A stretch of DNA of 64,000 nucleotides, taken from the NCBI GenBank assembly GCA_030295235.1, contig AP026151.1, positions 806,001 to 870,000 of the forward strand. The letters run 5' to 3'. Made by a program: the position numbers and the translations under genes. The notes beneath the pieces were generated by a model, which was not told the origin of the DNA, made no database searches, and worked only from the letters and a program-made list of their open reading frames with translations. Every line of letters begins with the position of its first letter. Within the stretch, counting starts at the first letter, position 1. This document shows, piece after piece, positions 12,983 through 25,433 of this stretch. Source of the DNA: Fistulifera solaris (taxonomy: Eukaryota).

Positions 12983-13384
12983 ATGAGCTCAAATACGACC
13001 ACAATGAAGAAGCCGATGCTGTATTTGTATCGCTCTCTTTTACGCGCTCATCAAAAATGTTTACCGACGCAAATGAAGCAATTGGGAGATGCCTACGTCA
13101 AATCGGAGTTCAAATTGCATTTACAGAAGTCGGTTAAACCGGAACAGATGCAAGCTTTCTTATCCGAATGGCAGAAGTATTTAAATCAAATAGAAACAAC
13201 CGCCCGGGCCGTCGAACAACAAGTTGTGACAGAAGGATCGCCCCAACAGCACGGCAGTAGTAAAACTACGAAGCCAAAATTGTTTCGATTCGGAGCCGAT
13301 TTACCATCCGACGTGCCTTTGACCGATGAACAGAAATTTCAGTTGGAGAAACTGAAAGAAGAAGCGTCGTCTTTCAAGGGTTAA
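12983..13384 (+). CDS. SDHAF3: Succinate dehydrogenase assembly factor 3 (ACN9/Sdh7, LYR-motif protein)
   Basis: LYRSLLRAH..LP...KQLGDAYVKSEFKLH..FLSEWQKY..G..L....LTDEQKFQLEKL. Confidence 0.85.
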   Translation: MSSNTTTMKKPMLYLYRSLLRAHQKCLPTQMKQLGDAYVKSEFKLHLQKSVKPEQMQAFLSEWQKYLNQIETTARAVEQQVVTEGSPQQHGSSKTTKPKLFRFGADLPSDVPLTDEQKFQLEKLKEEASSFKG

Positions 13385-13970
13385 GTCCACAGAGAGCTGG
13401 CATCGGAAGAGATTGTATAAATTGACCATCTTCTATGTGAACAAAGATTTTTTAGAGCTTCACGATCACTCACTTGAGCCCATCTTGTCTTATTTACGCG
13501 CTCAAACAACTCAGCGGTTGTGATTTATTTCTCGTAGTTAAAGGTGATAGTAGTCTCCCCTTGTAAGTTCGCAAGAAAGTCTCGCTGAACTATGAATTGA
13601 TGCGACCTGCACTTTTTTGACTGTGCTCTCTGTAGATTCTACGTCGGATGATATCTGCGTAAGCGTTTATCAAACATAAACTACTAAAATTCAATCATCA
13701 CTATATCATCACTACTACTATGTTGTTATTCCTAAACTTCTCCACAGCAACATTTTCGTGATAACATTTCCATGACACATCTTCCCTTCCCTATCGCATG
13801 CATTACCATGAGCAGGTTCAAACGGTCGACACAAAGCCACATCCAAAACAGACTTTGATTACTCTCAGCATCCTTTCACATCAAGCTCCCGCGGAAAGAG
13901 TGTCATTTCATATTACCAATGTTACAAGAAGTATTCTTTCTTCAAACAAATAAAAAGACTGTCAGTTGAC

Positions 13971-14810
13971 TTAGGCCACCGCATTGCCTCCTTCTCCGAC
14001 AAAGACGGGCTTGCCGGTGCGCTCACGGTGCACCAAGAAGAAGGAGAAGAGGCAAAAGACAAAGGCGAGCGAGCCAATCACACCCAACGTGATGGCGAGA
14101 ATCTTGTTGGTATCCTTCTCCTTCTTCAACTCATCCTCGGGGTTGTTCGCCTGGTAACGTGCGGCACACGAAAAGAAGTCTCCGTCACCACAAAAGAGAT
14201 CCGTCTTGCACGCATCAAACCACGAGTCGCAAAAGCTCTTCTTGATGGGCATCTTGTGCATCTGCCACGTGTTGAAGTCTTCCAAATGCGACTGACTATC
14301 GTTGTACTTGCGAAATAGACCAGCCGACGGCTCGCACTCGTAGAAACACGCTTCATAAACAAAGAAGCGCTCACACGCGGGTGTCATCGGGCCGCAACGA
14401 TCCCAGTGATACTCTTCACCGTACGATTCCTTCAACTTCTCCATACTGGCAACTGTTGAACTGTTGCAGCACGAGCGCTGCTTCCAGGGCTGACATTCCT
14501 TCATGCCGTCGTCTTCAGGAGTCGGCTCGTCCTTGTGAAAGTACTGCAAACCGCATTCTTCGACGGGCTGCTGACCAAAGATATCCAACGTCACTTGATC
14601 GTTCGGATTCTTATCCGTATCAAAGAACCACATGGTGTAGCCGGGTTCCGTGTCATCGACGACGAGGAAACTGTCGGAAAACATCTTCTGGCAGAGCTCG
14701 GTTCCGCTGGCGTAGATTTCGGGGAAGGGTCGGCAGGTTTCTTCCCAAGCCATAATGGTAGGCAGGGCCATTGCGGCGGCGTAAGCGGAGTACTTGATAG
14801 AGAACTTCAT
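13971..14810 (-). CDS. Folate receptor/riboflavin-binding family protein, type I membrane, apparently circularly permuted
   Basis: Signal peptide; HKDEPTPED..ECQPWKQRSCC, WDRCGPMTPACERFF..EACFYECEP, CDSWFDACK; C-terminal TM helix. Confidence 0.85.
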   Translation of the reverse strand: MKFSIKYSAYAAAMALPTIMAWEETCRPFPEIYASGTELCQKMFSDSFLVVDDTEPGYTMWFFDTDKNPNDQVTLDIFGQQPVEECGLQYFHKDEPTPEDDGMKECQPWKQRSCCNSSTVASMEKLKESYGEEYHWDRCGPMTPACERFFVYEACFYECEPSAGLFRKYNDSQSHLEDFNTWQMHKMPIKKSFCDSWFDACKTDLFCGDGDFFSCAARYQANNPEDELKKEKDTNKILAITLGVIGSLAFVFCLFSFFLVHRERTGKPVFVGEGGNAVA

Positions 14811-15995
14811 GGTCTTGTAAAAGTTACTTTCAAGAAAAAATGAAGGCACTTTTGGATCCAAAAGATCTTTTAGTAAGACGAAAAGTCGGAACCGCCGAAA
14901 TACAGTAATGAGGACGAAAGGAATGGATGGACGAGATCGGTTATGTGACAACAAAGGATCGGAAGGAATTTCGATCGATCGTTGCAAAAGATCGCACGCC
15001 GTTCTTTCCAAACTGAGCGAGACACAGCGGCGGAGAGTTCTCGACGTAATTGATTGCCGAGTATGGCACAGTGTGTACTAACATGAAAACCTATGCGTCA
15101 CAACATCCTTGACTCTATTGCAATAAAGACTTTATCGCAAAAAGAGCTGTTTCACCAAATTAGGAGTCCGTCCTCGCCAATTTCCACCGTTTCGATGGCC
15201 CGGGCTGCGAACATTGCCTTTCTACTGATGTTCATTTAGAGAGAAATTAGTTATTATGTTCTGAACGCTTGCGGATTGTTGTCTTTTGTGGTCACTATAG
15301 AATCGGAGTGTTGTTCGTATTTCACCACGACGTTTTGGAGCCAATTTACTGCCTCATCCACTTTTGTTTTGCAAGTTATTAAGCTATTGACTTTCGGATT
15401 ACAAAACCATGTTAATCGGCAGCATCTACAATGCACCATCGTTTTGTTATGTCGACTTAAGCTGCGGATAGCATTTACTATGGACCAAAGTGAAGACCAC
15501 TTTTCGCCACGACTGCATTTCAGTCACGAGGAAATAAGATGGTTCAGAACCAAACGGGCTGACGTTAAGATCAGGCAGACGGACGCCGCACCTCCGCACC
15601 ACAAAATTTTGTTTTCTCACAGTAGGGAACGCAATAAGTTTGTTCTGTACTTCCAAGCCACCGCAATTATTCCGAGGCATAACAAAGTTAGAGTCATTGA
15701 AAAGCATAAAGAATTTCTTGGATATTCCCAACTTCCCGATGAGTTAGTCCCTATCGTTCTCTGATGTACACTTTGTGCTATAGGACACTTTCGGCTTCAA
15801 GACCAGGAAAATGAAAATGACTGGTCATTTTTGCCTTCCGACATCTTATCCGCCGCCGCCGCGAGGAGAAGGACAAAAAGACCTCGTCCTCTCTCTCCGT
15901 CTGCTGTTCATTTGCATTGAACTCCTTAGCAAACATAAAGAGTAAAAGGCAGACCTGCTGCTCGAAAAGCAATCGTTTCATTATTCTATAATATC

Positions 15996-16536
15996 ATGTC
16001 AGAACTAAGCTACAGCACCACCAGCAGCGTAATTGAATCTTGGGAGAGACTCAAGCGCATCAAAAATTACCAAGAAGTTGCTGGTGTCACTGTTTTCAAA
16101 GGTACGTAAAAAAATTACAAAATGATGCGTCCGGTTGCAGGCACTAACATTTCTTATTTCACAGACTCTTCGAGAAATGCCCCCAAGCGCGTGTTTTATT
16201 CGGCTTTCCTATTGATATCGACACCAATTCATCCGAGCTTTTGCAATCGAAACGATTCTTGACACACGCTGCGCACATGATGGATATGATGGACGCTGCT
16301 CTGAGCATGTTTTTGGGCCCCGACATGGATATGCTACACGAAATCATTGACGAGCTCGCCGACAAACACAGACGCTACGGCGTCACCGCTCCCATGTTTC
16401 CGGTTCTGGGCGAAGGCTTTCTTCTGGCACTGGAAACGCATCTCGGTGAATCTTTTTCGACAATAAAATGAAGGAGGCCTGGAAAGAAACCTATTCTCTT
16501 CTTTCTTGCGAAATGATCAATGCAATGTCAAAATAG
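15996..16536 (+). CDS. Single-domain globin (M-family, neuroglobin-like)
   Basis: VIESWE; LFEKCPQARVLF; E7 His in FLTHA; F8 His in LADKHRRYGV; AWKETY; intron ~16102-16164; frameshift at the T-run near 16455. Confidence 0.85.
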
Positions 16537-16731
16537 AGTCTCTTGTTGCGTTCTTAATTAATCCTCACTCCACCTTGAAGTGATAGCCACCATATTTTGA
16601 TAAAGGACATGGATTGATTAATCGATGTGACTGATGCCTGGATCAGTCACCGGGGCATCTTTCAATAAGACAACTAAAAATATTGACATAAACAAAGTTT
16701 AGTAATTAAGATATTTGGAATCCAAACGAGA

Positions 16732-18686
16732 TTACCACGCGGCTCCAAAATTGCCACCGCCGCTATTTCCACCGTATCCGCCGCCACCATTGTAGCCTCC
16801 GCCACCGCCGTGATATCCTCCACCGCCTCCTCCATAGTTGCGGTTGCCTCCGCCGCCACGGCTGTTGTTGTTGTTATTGCTATAACGGACATCGCGACTG
16901 CCGAAGCCACCCCCGCCGCCGCCACGACCGCGGCCTCGTCCGCCACTGCCACTACGTCCCGTGTAGTTGCACATTTGATTCAACCAACCGGGAACTTGCT
17001 GATCATTTTCATCCAGCAAGTCACGCAACTCGCGAATGATACCACTATTCTTCTCGTTGACAAAGGAAAGAGCTGCTCCGGTGTTTCCAGCACGGCCCGT
17101 ACGGCCAATGCGGTGAACATAGTCATCAATATTGCCAGGCAAATCATAGTTGATGACTTGTGTCACGTTGGGAATGTCGAGACCACGACTGGCAACGTCG
17201 GTGGCTACCATGACGGGTGTTTGCCCAGATTTGAAGCAGCGCAAAGCATATTCACGTTCACGTTGACTTTTGTCACCATGAATGCTGCACGCGGGGAACT
17301 TATTCTGGCACAACATGTCTTCTACGTAGTCACAAGAGCGCTTGGTCTCGACAAAGATAAGGATAAGACCTTCTTCAATGGTGAACAGAAACTTCATAAG
17401 AGTATCCATTTTTTCGCGTTCTTCAACAAATTCAACAGTTTGCGAGACATCCTTCGAGGCCGAACCAACACGACCGACGGTGAGGAAGATATAATCGCGC
17501 ATAAAGTCGCTCGCCAAGCGCTGGATATTTGCAGGGAATGTAGCACTGAACAACATGGTTTGGCGTTCCGGAGAACCGGGCATGTCCGACTCTTCGACGA
17601 TGCGGCGAATTTGAGGCTAACAATGATAAAACAAAATTGATTAGTGAGTCAAGTTGAAGCGAGAAGCAGGCTAAACAATTCATTAGCAGCGTACTTACTT
17701 CGAAACCCATATCAAGCATGCGATCGGCTTCGTCCAAAACGAGGAAACGGACATTCTCCATCGAGATACGTCCACGCTCCATCAGATCGACCAAACGACC
17801 CGGCGTTGCGACGAGCAGATCACAGCCCGCTTCGATTTGACGCAACTGATCACGCACTTCGGCTCCTCCGTAGATGACCACAGGGGCGATTCCGGTGCAG
17901 TACGTAAAGCGGCGCGCTTCATCGAAAATCTGCTGTGCCAGTTCACGCGTAGGAGCCAATACGAGTGCTTCGGGGTACGTGCAGCGGTGACTGTTCGCAT
18001 TAGAGGGAGGATCACGTCCTCCGTTATGGATCATGGTCAAAATGGTGGGAAACAAAAACCCAGCCGTCTTGCCACTTCCGGTTTGTGCACATGCCATCAA
18101 ATCACGACCGATGGTGCAAATCGGAATACTGTACTTCTGTACGGGCGTGGGCTTTGTGTAACCGCACAACTGAGCATTGCGGAACAAGTCTTCACCGATA
18201 GTATCGACCGTGTATTCCGAGATGGGATCGGGGACATTTTCTCCCGACACATCAATGGGAATTTTGTCGTAGTTATCAAAATTGATCCCCGTGGTTTGCT
18301 TGTCGGTCGTATCAAACAGACGTTGCTCCAAGCGTTTGTCGGGATTCATGTCACCGTGAAAACCGCGTTCATTCTTGCGGGGTCCACCGCGGCTGTAAGA
18401 ACCGCGTCCGCCACCGCCCCCGGCGTTGTTGTTCCAACGCGAGTTGGTGGAGAAGCCGCTTCCGCGATCACCGTCCGAACCATCGCGATTGCTGTAGCCC
18501 CCGCGACCGCCTTCTCCGCGACCGCTGTAGCTACCGCGACCACCGCCACTGTAACCGCCTCCACGACGATCGTAACCGCCTCGTCCTTGCGAAGAAAAGG
18601 AACTGCGTTGCTCCGAATTGCGTTGTTCGGAATTATTGCCACCGCCACTTCTCTGAGAGTTTCTCAGATGAGGTGGCACGTACTGC
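16732..18686 (-). CDS. DED1: DEAD-box RNA helicase DED1/DDX3 (first exon uncertain, possibly ATG at ~19086)
   Basis: YVPPHLR, RGG-rich termini, [29 protein letters not shown]; intron ~17617-17697. Confidence 0.93.
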
Positions 18687-19678
18687 TACCTGAAAGCGTC
18701 GATTGTTTGTGTGAGTTGTTATTTGTAAAGGTTGTTGTCATGATTCACAGAAATGTAATGAAAAGGGGTCGAAAAACACAACAGGAAAATTTCAAAAAAG
18801 AGAGAGAAAGAAGAAAATGAAAAGGACACGATTGATCGAACTGAATCGAAAGTGCTACCCTTACTGTTTATCATAGAGTGACAAGGAGGAATCTGGAATC
18901 ACAATATCAAAATTCACAGAAACACTCAAAACAAGGTCGCCCCCCAATAATTTTTTTTCGTGCTGCCCCAAGACACGAAAATCCTACTTCCATTGCCGTC
19001 AGGAAGCCTCTTCCTTTGCGCGAATTTCGTCAAACCATTCAATTCATTCAGGACGAACAAAACAAAGAAAAAAGGCGACTCACCATTTTGCATGAGATAT
19101 TGAAAGATGAAAGGTCTGTAACGACGAAACCTCAAAAATGTAGAATGAACGACAAGAGACAAAACAAGGATGAGGTGCAACGGTTCGCGGACCAAGGACA
19201 CACTCTATCCGTTGCACTATTTGCTTGTACAGTCAACCCCACCACGTTTCTCACCCTCCCCACCACTCATTCAACCACAGTTTTTTCGTGAGGTGCCTCG
19301 CGCTCCGCGAGGCGATCAAATGACAGACAGCTACCTGGTAGGAGACTAACTAAACTATAATAATCTTCTTTCGAAGAGGAGCCGTTCACAACAAAACAAG
19401 AGCGCGATAGTCTGAGATAGCCAACGCTACGCTTAGTAAAGCTTCCTAGATCGAAGATCCCAAATTCACCACCACTTCCAATAATCTATGTGCGCGCTAA
19501 TTTATTTTCTAAGTTAGCTAAAGTCAAAAGAGTGTTTAGTGCACCGATGCTTGGATGTCTTGACCTGCATGCATGTATACGAAGCGGTCAGTAATCGCTG
19601 AACAGTGCAACTGTGGACCCTTTCGACGAAATCGTTTGTACATTGAGATCCGCCGCTCTAACGATGCTTTCCTGACAA

Positions 19679-21123
19679 CTAATCCCGAGCGTCCATGTTG
19701 CAGCCGTCTTCAGCGGAACGTGACGATGATAATTCTATGTCATCCAAAACATCTTTTTCTTCTTCCTCTCCCATTTCGCTGAAGACAGCACAGAGAATGC
19801 TGCCCGTTGATCGACAGAATTCTTTTTCGATCTTGCCAGGAGAAGCTTCTGGACTAAATTCGATTTCATACTCAAGTTCTTCGTTCATTTTCTCCGTTTG
19901 TTCTATATCATACACGGGGGACAACCTTCGTGAGCTTTCACTAAAATTTCTTACGGATCGAGGCGCCATCCAGCCCGTCGCAAACATCTCTGTCGAGCTA
20001 CCGTCGTTCGCTTTCGGTTTGGGAAAGCGACCACATGTTATGAAGAGCAGGTATCCCATTCCAATATCCGGCTTCATAAGACAAACGGCTGCCGAGACAG
20101 CACCCTGCAAATGAGACCAAGTACCTCCAGCCCAAGCACCCTGTAGACAAGCCACCAATAGAATCAGTAATCCCCACAACGAATAATTATACCATTCATT
20201 CCGTTCAATCGTTAACTTACCCATGGCTCTATCCAGAAACTCGCAATGAACATCAATATCAGAGAGGGTAACCACATTACAATGAACACCAAGATCAAGC
20301 GCGCGATAAAGACCGACACGTTCCGTGTGCTGCCCGTCGCAGGCAACAACTTCAGCCGCCATATTTGAATCGCAATCCAAATGACATAGACTGCGGGTAT
20401 TCCGACCAGCGCTGGTAGAAATGCCGTAAAGAAAAAGATCATCGATTCATCGGAATACATCACGGGGAGACACGCCAAGCCGTTTTGTAGGCCGGGTTGA
20501 TGTGGTAATATTTCCCAAAAGACCCAGGAGGCAAGGAACGCCGACCATCCATACACAGCAAGAGAGTTCAATATGACTTTTCGCCTAGACGGTGGAATAT
20601 ACCGTTGTCGTTGTGATGATTTTTGCAACAATTCGTAAATATGATACGCAACAATGGCATTCAGCCACGAGTTGGCCCCGATACTGAAAGTGACATAAAA
20701 CGTTTGAAACCAACACCATGCTTCGGAAATGTAACTTCCCGCAGAGACGTTTAGACCACAATTGATGGCACATAGAAAAGAAAAGAGAAAGTCTGGAATC
20801 TGCGGAGTTATTGAAACACACCGAATGTGAGAGCTTCATGAAGAAGCCGCACCTGCAATCTAGGCATCCACATGACTTACCATCAAAAACACGAGATACA
20901 GATTGAAGCCGGACTTTCTTATCCGTTTGTTGCAGATCATACTGATAAGGACGGATGCAACGAAGATAGCCACAGCGCTCGTCACTACGACCCACACGGA
21001 CCATTGCAGCATGCGATCACTGTCCGGACCGGCAGCCACCAAGTGATCGTATTTGGAGTTCGTCTCGTTCAATTCAGAATACCGAAATGTGACATGATGC
21101 ATGGAAGTAAGTTCGCGTTTCAT
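19679..21123 (-). CDS. Multi-pass membrane protein, 7TM/GPCR-like; start uncertain
   Basis: About 7 hydrophobic segments across ORFs; RIRKSGFNLYLVFLM, SWLNAIVAY, FIVMWLP, SHLQGAVSA; introns near 20750-20878 and 20145-20220. Confidence 0.65.
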
Positions 21124-22101
21124 TGCGCAAGATCGATCTCTGATTTCCTTTTCCTTATTTCGAACGTTTGGCTTGTTGACGATGGTACCAGTATTCTATT
21201 ATTTCGTAGATACGGAGTATGTTTTATTACACTTATCACTTTGCACGGCTTCCTTGAGTTCGCCGGAAGATTTTTGCCAAACGTCGTTGTCTGCAGTTTG
21301 GGCCGCGTTGGCGCGGCGGAGAACGGCAAACCGTCAATGCAGAAAGAAGCTGTACTATTTTGTATCACGAACACCGGCGGGATGACTCAGAATAATCTAC
21401 AAAGAAAAAGACATAAACGTACTTTTTTGAAGATGATTAGACAATGATAAATGATAACGGAAATCGATGCTTGAAGTACGATCATTGATAAAGTTTAGGC
21501 TTCATTACCTGACTTTATGCGTGATACTAAATTATGTCATCGGATGAATGCGAATTTATTTATTTGGTCGAGAGTCGAGATGTACAATTTGAATATATAC
21601 AAAAAGACCGGAGAACGGAGAAACGCGTTAGACATAACCGCAGTCATTGATAAGGCTTACTGGACACGACGTTAAAGTTCTGCCTCGCCGTAGGCTTTAC
21701 GTAGAAACTTGTACTGAGAGGCAGAATTTTAACGCCCTTTCCTGTCTCTTACTGTAAGCTTACGGAAAATTTCAAATTTCTTTTCCCCGTGAGCACGTGA
21801 TACCAATGAGTTGCGTGATACGTGAGAGTGATAGATACTCTCTAAGGTTAAAGTTCTCCGTCAAAGTTCTTACGTTGACTGAGTGAACCCTAAACATTTT
21901 TAATGCTTAACCCTTTCAGCCCCAGAAATCTTGTGAGTCACAAGTCACAAGGTTTTTCCGTTAACTGGTTCGCGGGTAGTGAGTACTATGTATCCCACAC
22001 TGCGTGTATCCGTTGAACAATAGTCGGATAGCCTGAATCCTAAGCAACGAGCAACGCAAGCAACAACGACAAAAGGCGCACACTCGATCCTACGATGAAC
22101 G

Positions 22102-23166
22102 ATGACACAACACACAACAATGACAATGATCCTTTCAAGAAAACCGTTATTTGCATTCACAATTCTCTTTGTTACTTCATGCTGCCTTTGGTCGTTCACG
22201 GAAGACATACGGAATTTAGCTGAAGATCCTGCAAATACTGAGGCGAATGAGCGAAACACAACGAAGATCGAAGCCCACAACACTACTACGGAGATTATCA
22301 TACAATTGTCAGGGCAATTCGGAAATCACATCAGCAAAATCGCCGCAGGGGTCGCTGTTGCGATAGAATTGGAAGCCCGTGGTCGTCACACCACTCTCAC
22401 GCTTCTGCGGCCTCGACGAGGACACTCGGGAGAACAAACGGCGGCATTACTGCAAGAATGCTTTCCTTCGCTACGCAATGTATCGTTCGACAACAATCAT
22501 CCGAATTTAGTACCCAAGCCACTATCGTGGAATCAAGAGTCTCCTGGTGATTTTGACGATGCTATGAACGAGATAGTAAAGTCCAAAACTTCGTCTGTAT
22601 TGGTTGATTACTTGAGCGGACTCGATCTGATCGGCGATCGCCATTACAAGGCACTTCGGCGATTCTTCACTATCGACTGCTGCTCCTCTGAATCGCGGCC
22701 TTACCGTACAGTATTTCATTATCGCAATTTCGAGCGAGAGATGCCACGACGGGGAAAACAGAAAGGCTATGAAGAAATATCGGCTCAATTTGTGAACGAA
22801 CTGCTTCACGACAATAATGACAGCACGCCTATTCTCATTGTGACCCCTTATGCCCCCGATGTGAAGAGCTACGTGGATGTGCTACAGAACCAAGGGAAAG
22901 TGGTGCATGTGCTAGCCAATTCGACGCCGCTACAGGACTTTTGCATGCTGTTGTCGGCAACAGAAACAATCATCGGAGTAGCGCGTTCCACCTTCTTTTT
23001 GTGGGCCGGTCTACTTGGCAATGCACCACAAGTTCGAGCCTATTCGATTGACAGTGAATGGAAACGTCAATCGAATAGTCCGGTGTATGATCATTACAAT
23101 TGGACGGACCCAGAGCTGAAGGGACGATTTCACTTTGAGTTGTATCATTTGTTGTCGTCTCGATGA
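22102..23166 (+). CDS. Type II membrane glycosyltransferase, GT11 (alpha-1,2-fucosyltransferase)-like
   Basis: N-terminal anchor; LSGQFGNH, VFHYRNF, and DFCMLL...STFFLWAGLLG resemble the GT11 motifs. Confidence 0.6.
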   Translation: MTQHTTMTMILSRKPLFAFTILFVTSCCLWSFTEDIRNLAEDPANTEANERNTTKIEAHNTTTEIIIQLSGQFGNHISKIAAGVAVAIELEARGRHTTLTLLRPRRGHSGEQTAALLQECFPSLRNVSFDNNHPNLVPKPLSWNQESPGDFDDAMNEIVKSKTSSVLVDYLSGLDLIGDRHYKALRRFFTIDCCSSESRPYRTVFHYRNFEREMPRRGKQKGYEEISAQFVNELLHDNNDSTPILIVTPYAPDVKSYVDVLQNQGKVVHVLANSTPLQDFCMLLSATETIIGVARSTFFLWAGLLGNAPQVRAYSIDSEWKRQSNSPVYDHYNWTDPELKGRFHFELYHLLSSR

Positions 23167-24114
23167 ACAACAATAATTATTCACAGAAGCCCGCGTGTTT
23201 CCCATGATCGAATACAAGAATCCTTTTGCGGGCAATGTTAAAGTTTATTCACGAACTGGCTAGTCACTTGTCAACTTGTGATCTTCCAAAGCATTTCAAG
23301 TCGGAATCTACGTTGAAATAAGACGGAGTTGCAAATAGGCCTCGTCTGCAGTACAACGAAATGCGCAACCCGATCAAAATTAAACTCCCTTCTCAACAAC
23401 CGACCTGAGAAATGTTATTTCGCTAGATCGCTGTCCGAGAGACGAGAGCTTGCGCAGGGAACGCTTTGATTGCGGACCAGCCAAAAGAAGCTTTGGGAAC
23501 AATGTTTAACAGCTGACAGCTGACGACCTCTTCTTTGAAAAAACCTAGTTTACACTAACTAAAGACTACATAGACAAACTGATAATGTCTTCATTCTTCA
23601 ATGCCCATCGTTTGAGAAATATGGCAGGCGTATTCTAGTTTGTCGTAGCCAGTTAACGGAGTATTTATTCACTTTTGACCATCCGGCCGATTCAGTCCCA
23701 TGTCGGAAGCTCCTGATTGGATAGTCAGTCCCATACGTATCAGTTGTAGGAAACACACAGTAGGAACCTAGTGGACAGAGGACCAAAGAGAGCCGATCTG
23801 GACGAGAACCGAAGTCCTTAACGCTTGCGCCGCGTCTGCCGGTAGAACTTGGATCCGTCACATACTACTTAGTACTGCCTTCCAACCTAGTTTTTCTGGC
23901 AATTAACCAATCAGCCACGACGACGCACTATCCACAATTAGTCGGATGATACTGACTTACGCATTCCGAATTACAACGCCAACCTACTCTTTATTCGCAG
24001 GTTCGGACCTCAACTTTCGTCAAGGTTTCAAAATAACAGGTTCAAACGGCAAGCCGAGTGATACTTATTGAAAAAGCGGTAAATGCAAGCCAATGTATCT
24101 ATAAGACACCTACA

Positions 24115-25433
24115 ATGTCAATGAAAGAGAGAGACAGAGCGACGGCTCTGATCTCGAGGGAGAAGAAGGAAGCGGAGGAAGTATTGGTCAAGCATTGTCT
24201 TTTTCTTGATGACAGCGGTGATCCGCTGTTGCCTTTTAATCATCCTTTCAATGAACACGGAAACCAGCCGCCTGTATTTCCTGTCAACATGCATCATCAA
24301 TCGCATCTTAATCAATCCACCGCGACGGCTTCCTTTGCCGCTGCTGCTTCGCAACAATGGCCTCAAAATCAAGCCATGATTTCTCAACGGAAACAGGAAA
24401 GCTCCGGAGTATTTCAAAACTTTTTAGCCTCCAGCGTAGCCCAACGAGACACCCGAAGCGCGTTGGAAAATGACGCTAAACGGGGAAGATACGAGCTACT
24501 GCAGCCGCGTGAGCTAGCTACAATAAACCCCGCCGGCGCACACGACGATGGATATCGCAGCTTGAACCGTTTGATCGATAGATTCATCGAGAGTGCTGAA
24601 AAAGGACCAGGGACTCAGCAACATGATCAGTCTAGTCTAGAACCTGCCAATACTCGATTGCAGGCAGAGTTGCACATGACTTTGCCGAACGCTGTCGGAC
24701 GAGGCTTACCAGGAGCGTCTTCGATTCCTTATCATGGAGGACGCTCCTCCAATGCAATCCAGCCCGCATATTTCCCTACAGTCAACATGAATCAACCTTC
24801 TCCTGCAACTACGTACGCTTTTCCTCCTTCGACGACACAACAAACAGCAGCGCCGCCGGTTCCTGCAAACACCGCCGTGCCGCCAGTTCTGGCACAACCC
24901 CATCGCAAACTCAGCAGCCAGGTGACTTCCTCTTCGACGACTTCATCTTCATCATCCATATACTCGTCTCGAAGCTTGTATCTACCGGAGGACGCCGATC
25001 ATTTATCCCTTTATCAATGCTTGCTGCGACAACAAATTGAATTCTTCGCGGCCGATTGGGGAGATGTTGCCGTCATTCAGGGACGAAACAAGCCCGTCCT
25101 ACGACGGCAAGTCGGCATACGCTGCATTCATTGTGCTCATCTTCCCATCAAGAGTCGTGACAAGGGATCATCGTACTTCAGCGCCCGTCTCGATGCGCTG
25201 TACCAGTCGGCACAGAACTTGGCGAAAAAGCATTTGCTGCAAAATGCCGACAAATTCCTCCCAATATTCGAGAGCAATTAGCGCAGCTGAAACATGTCGT
25301 CCCTCGATCTACGAGAGGTGGAAGCGCGACTCCACAAACCAGTGGATCTGGCAAGGGATACTGGGCCGAGGCCGCGCAGAAAGTGGGCGTCTTTGAAGAT
25401 GAAGCCAACGGGCGGCTCGAGTTCCGTTTCTAA
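24115..25433 (+). CDS. Uncharacterised protein with C-terminal Cys/His domain (LSxYQCLLRQQ..GRNKP..VGIRCxHC), paralog 1
   Basis: Long ORF; domain shared with 27701-28835; a frameshift at the A-run near 25243 restores C..IP..YWA. Confidence 0.8.

Noticed and set aside
15276..15764. 162-aa ORF upstream of the globin
   Set aside because: Non-ATG start and no recognisable domain; cannot be supported
16810..18820. Long antisense ORFs opposite DED1 (also opposite the elongase and PDE genes)
   Set aside because: Shadow ORFs from codon bias, with no recognisable motifs
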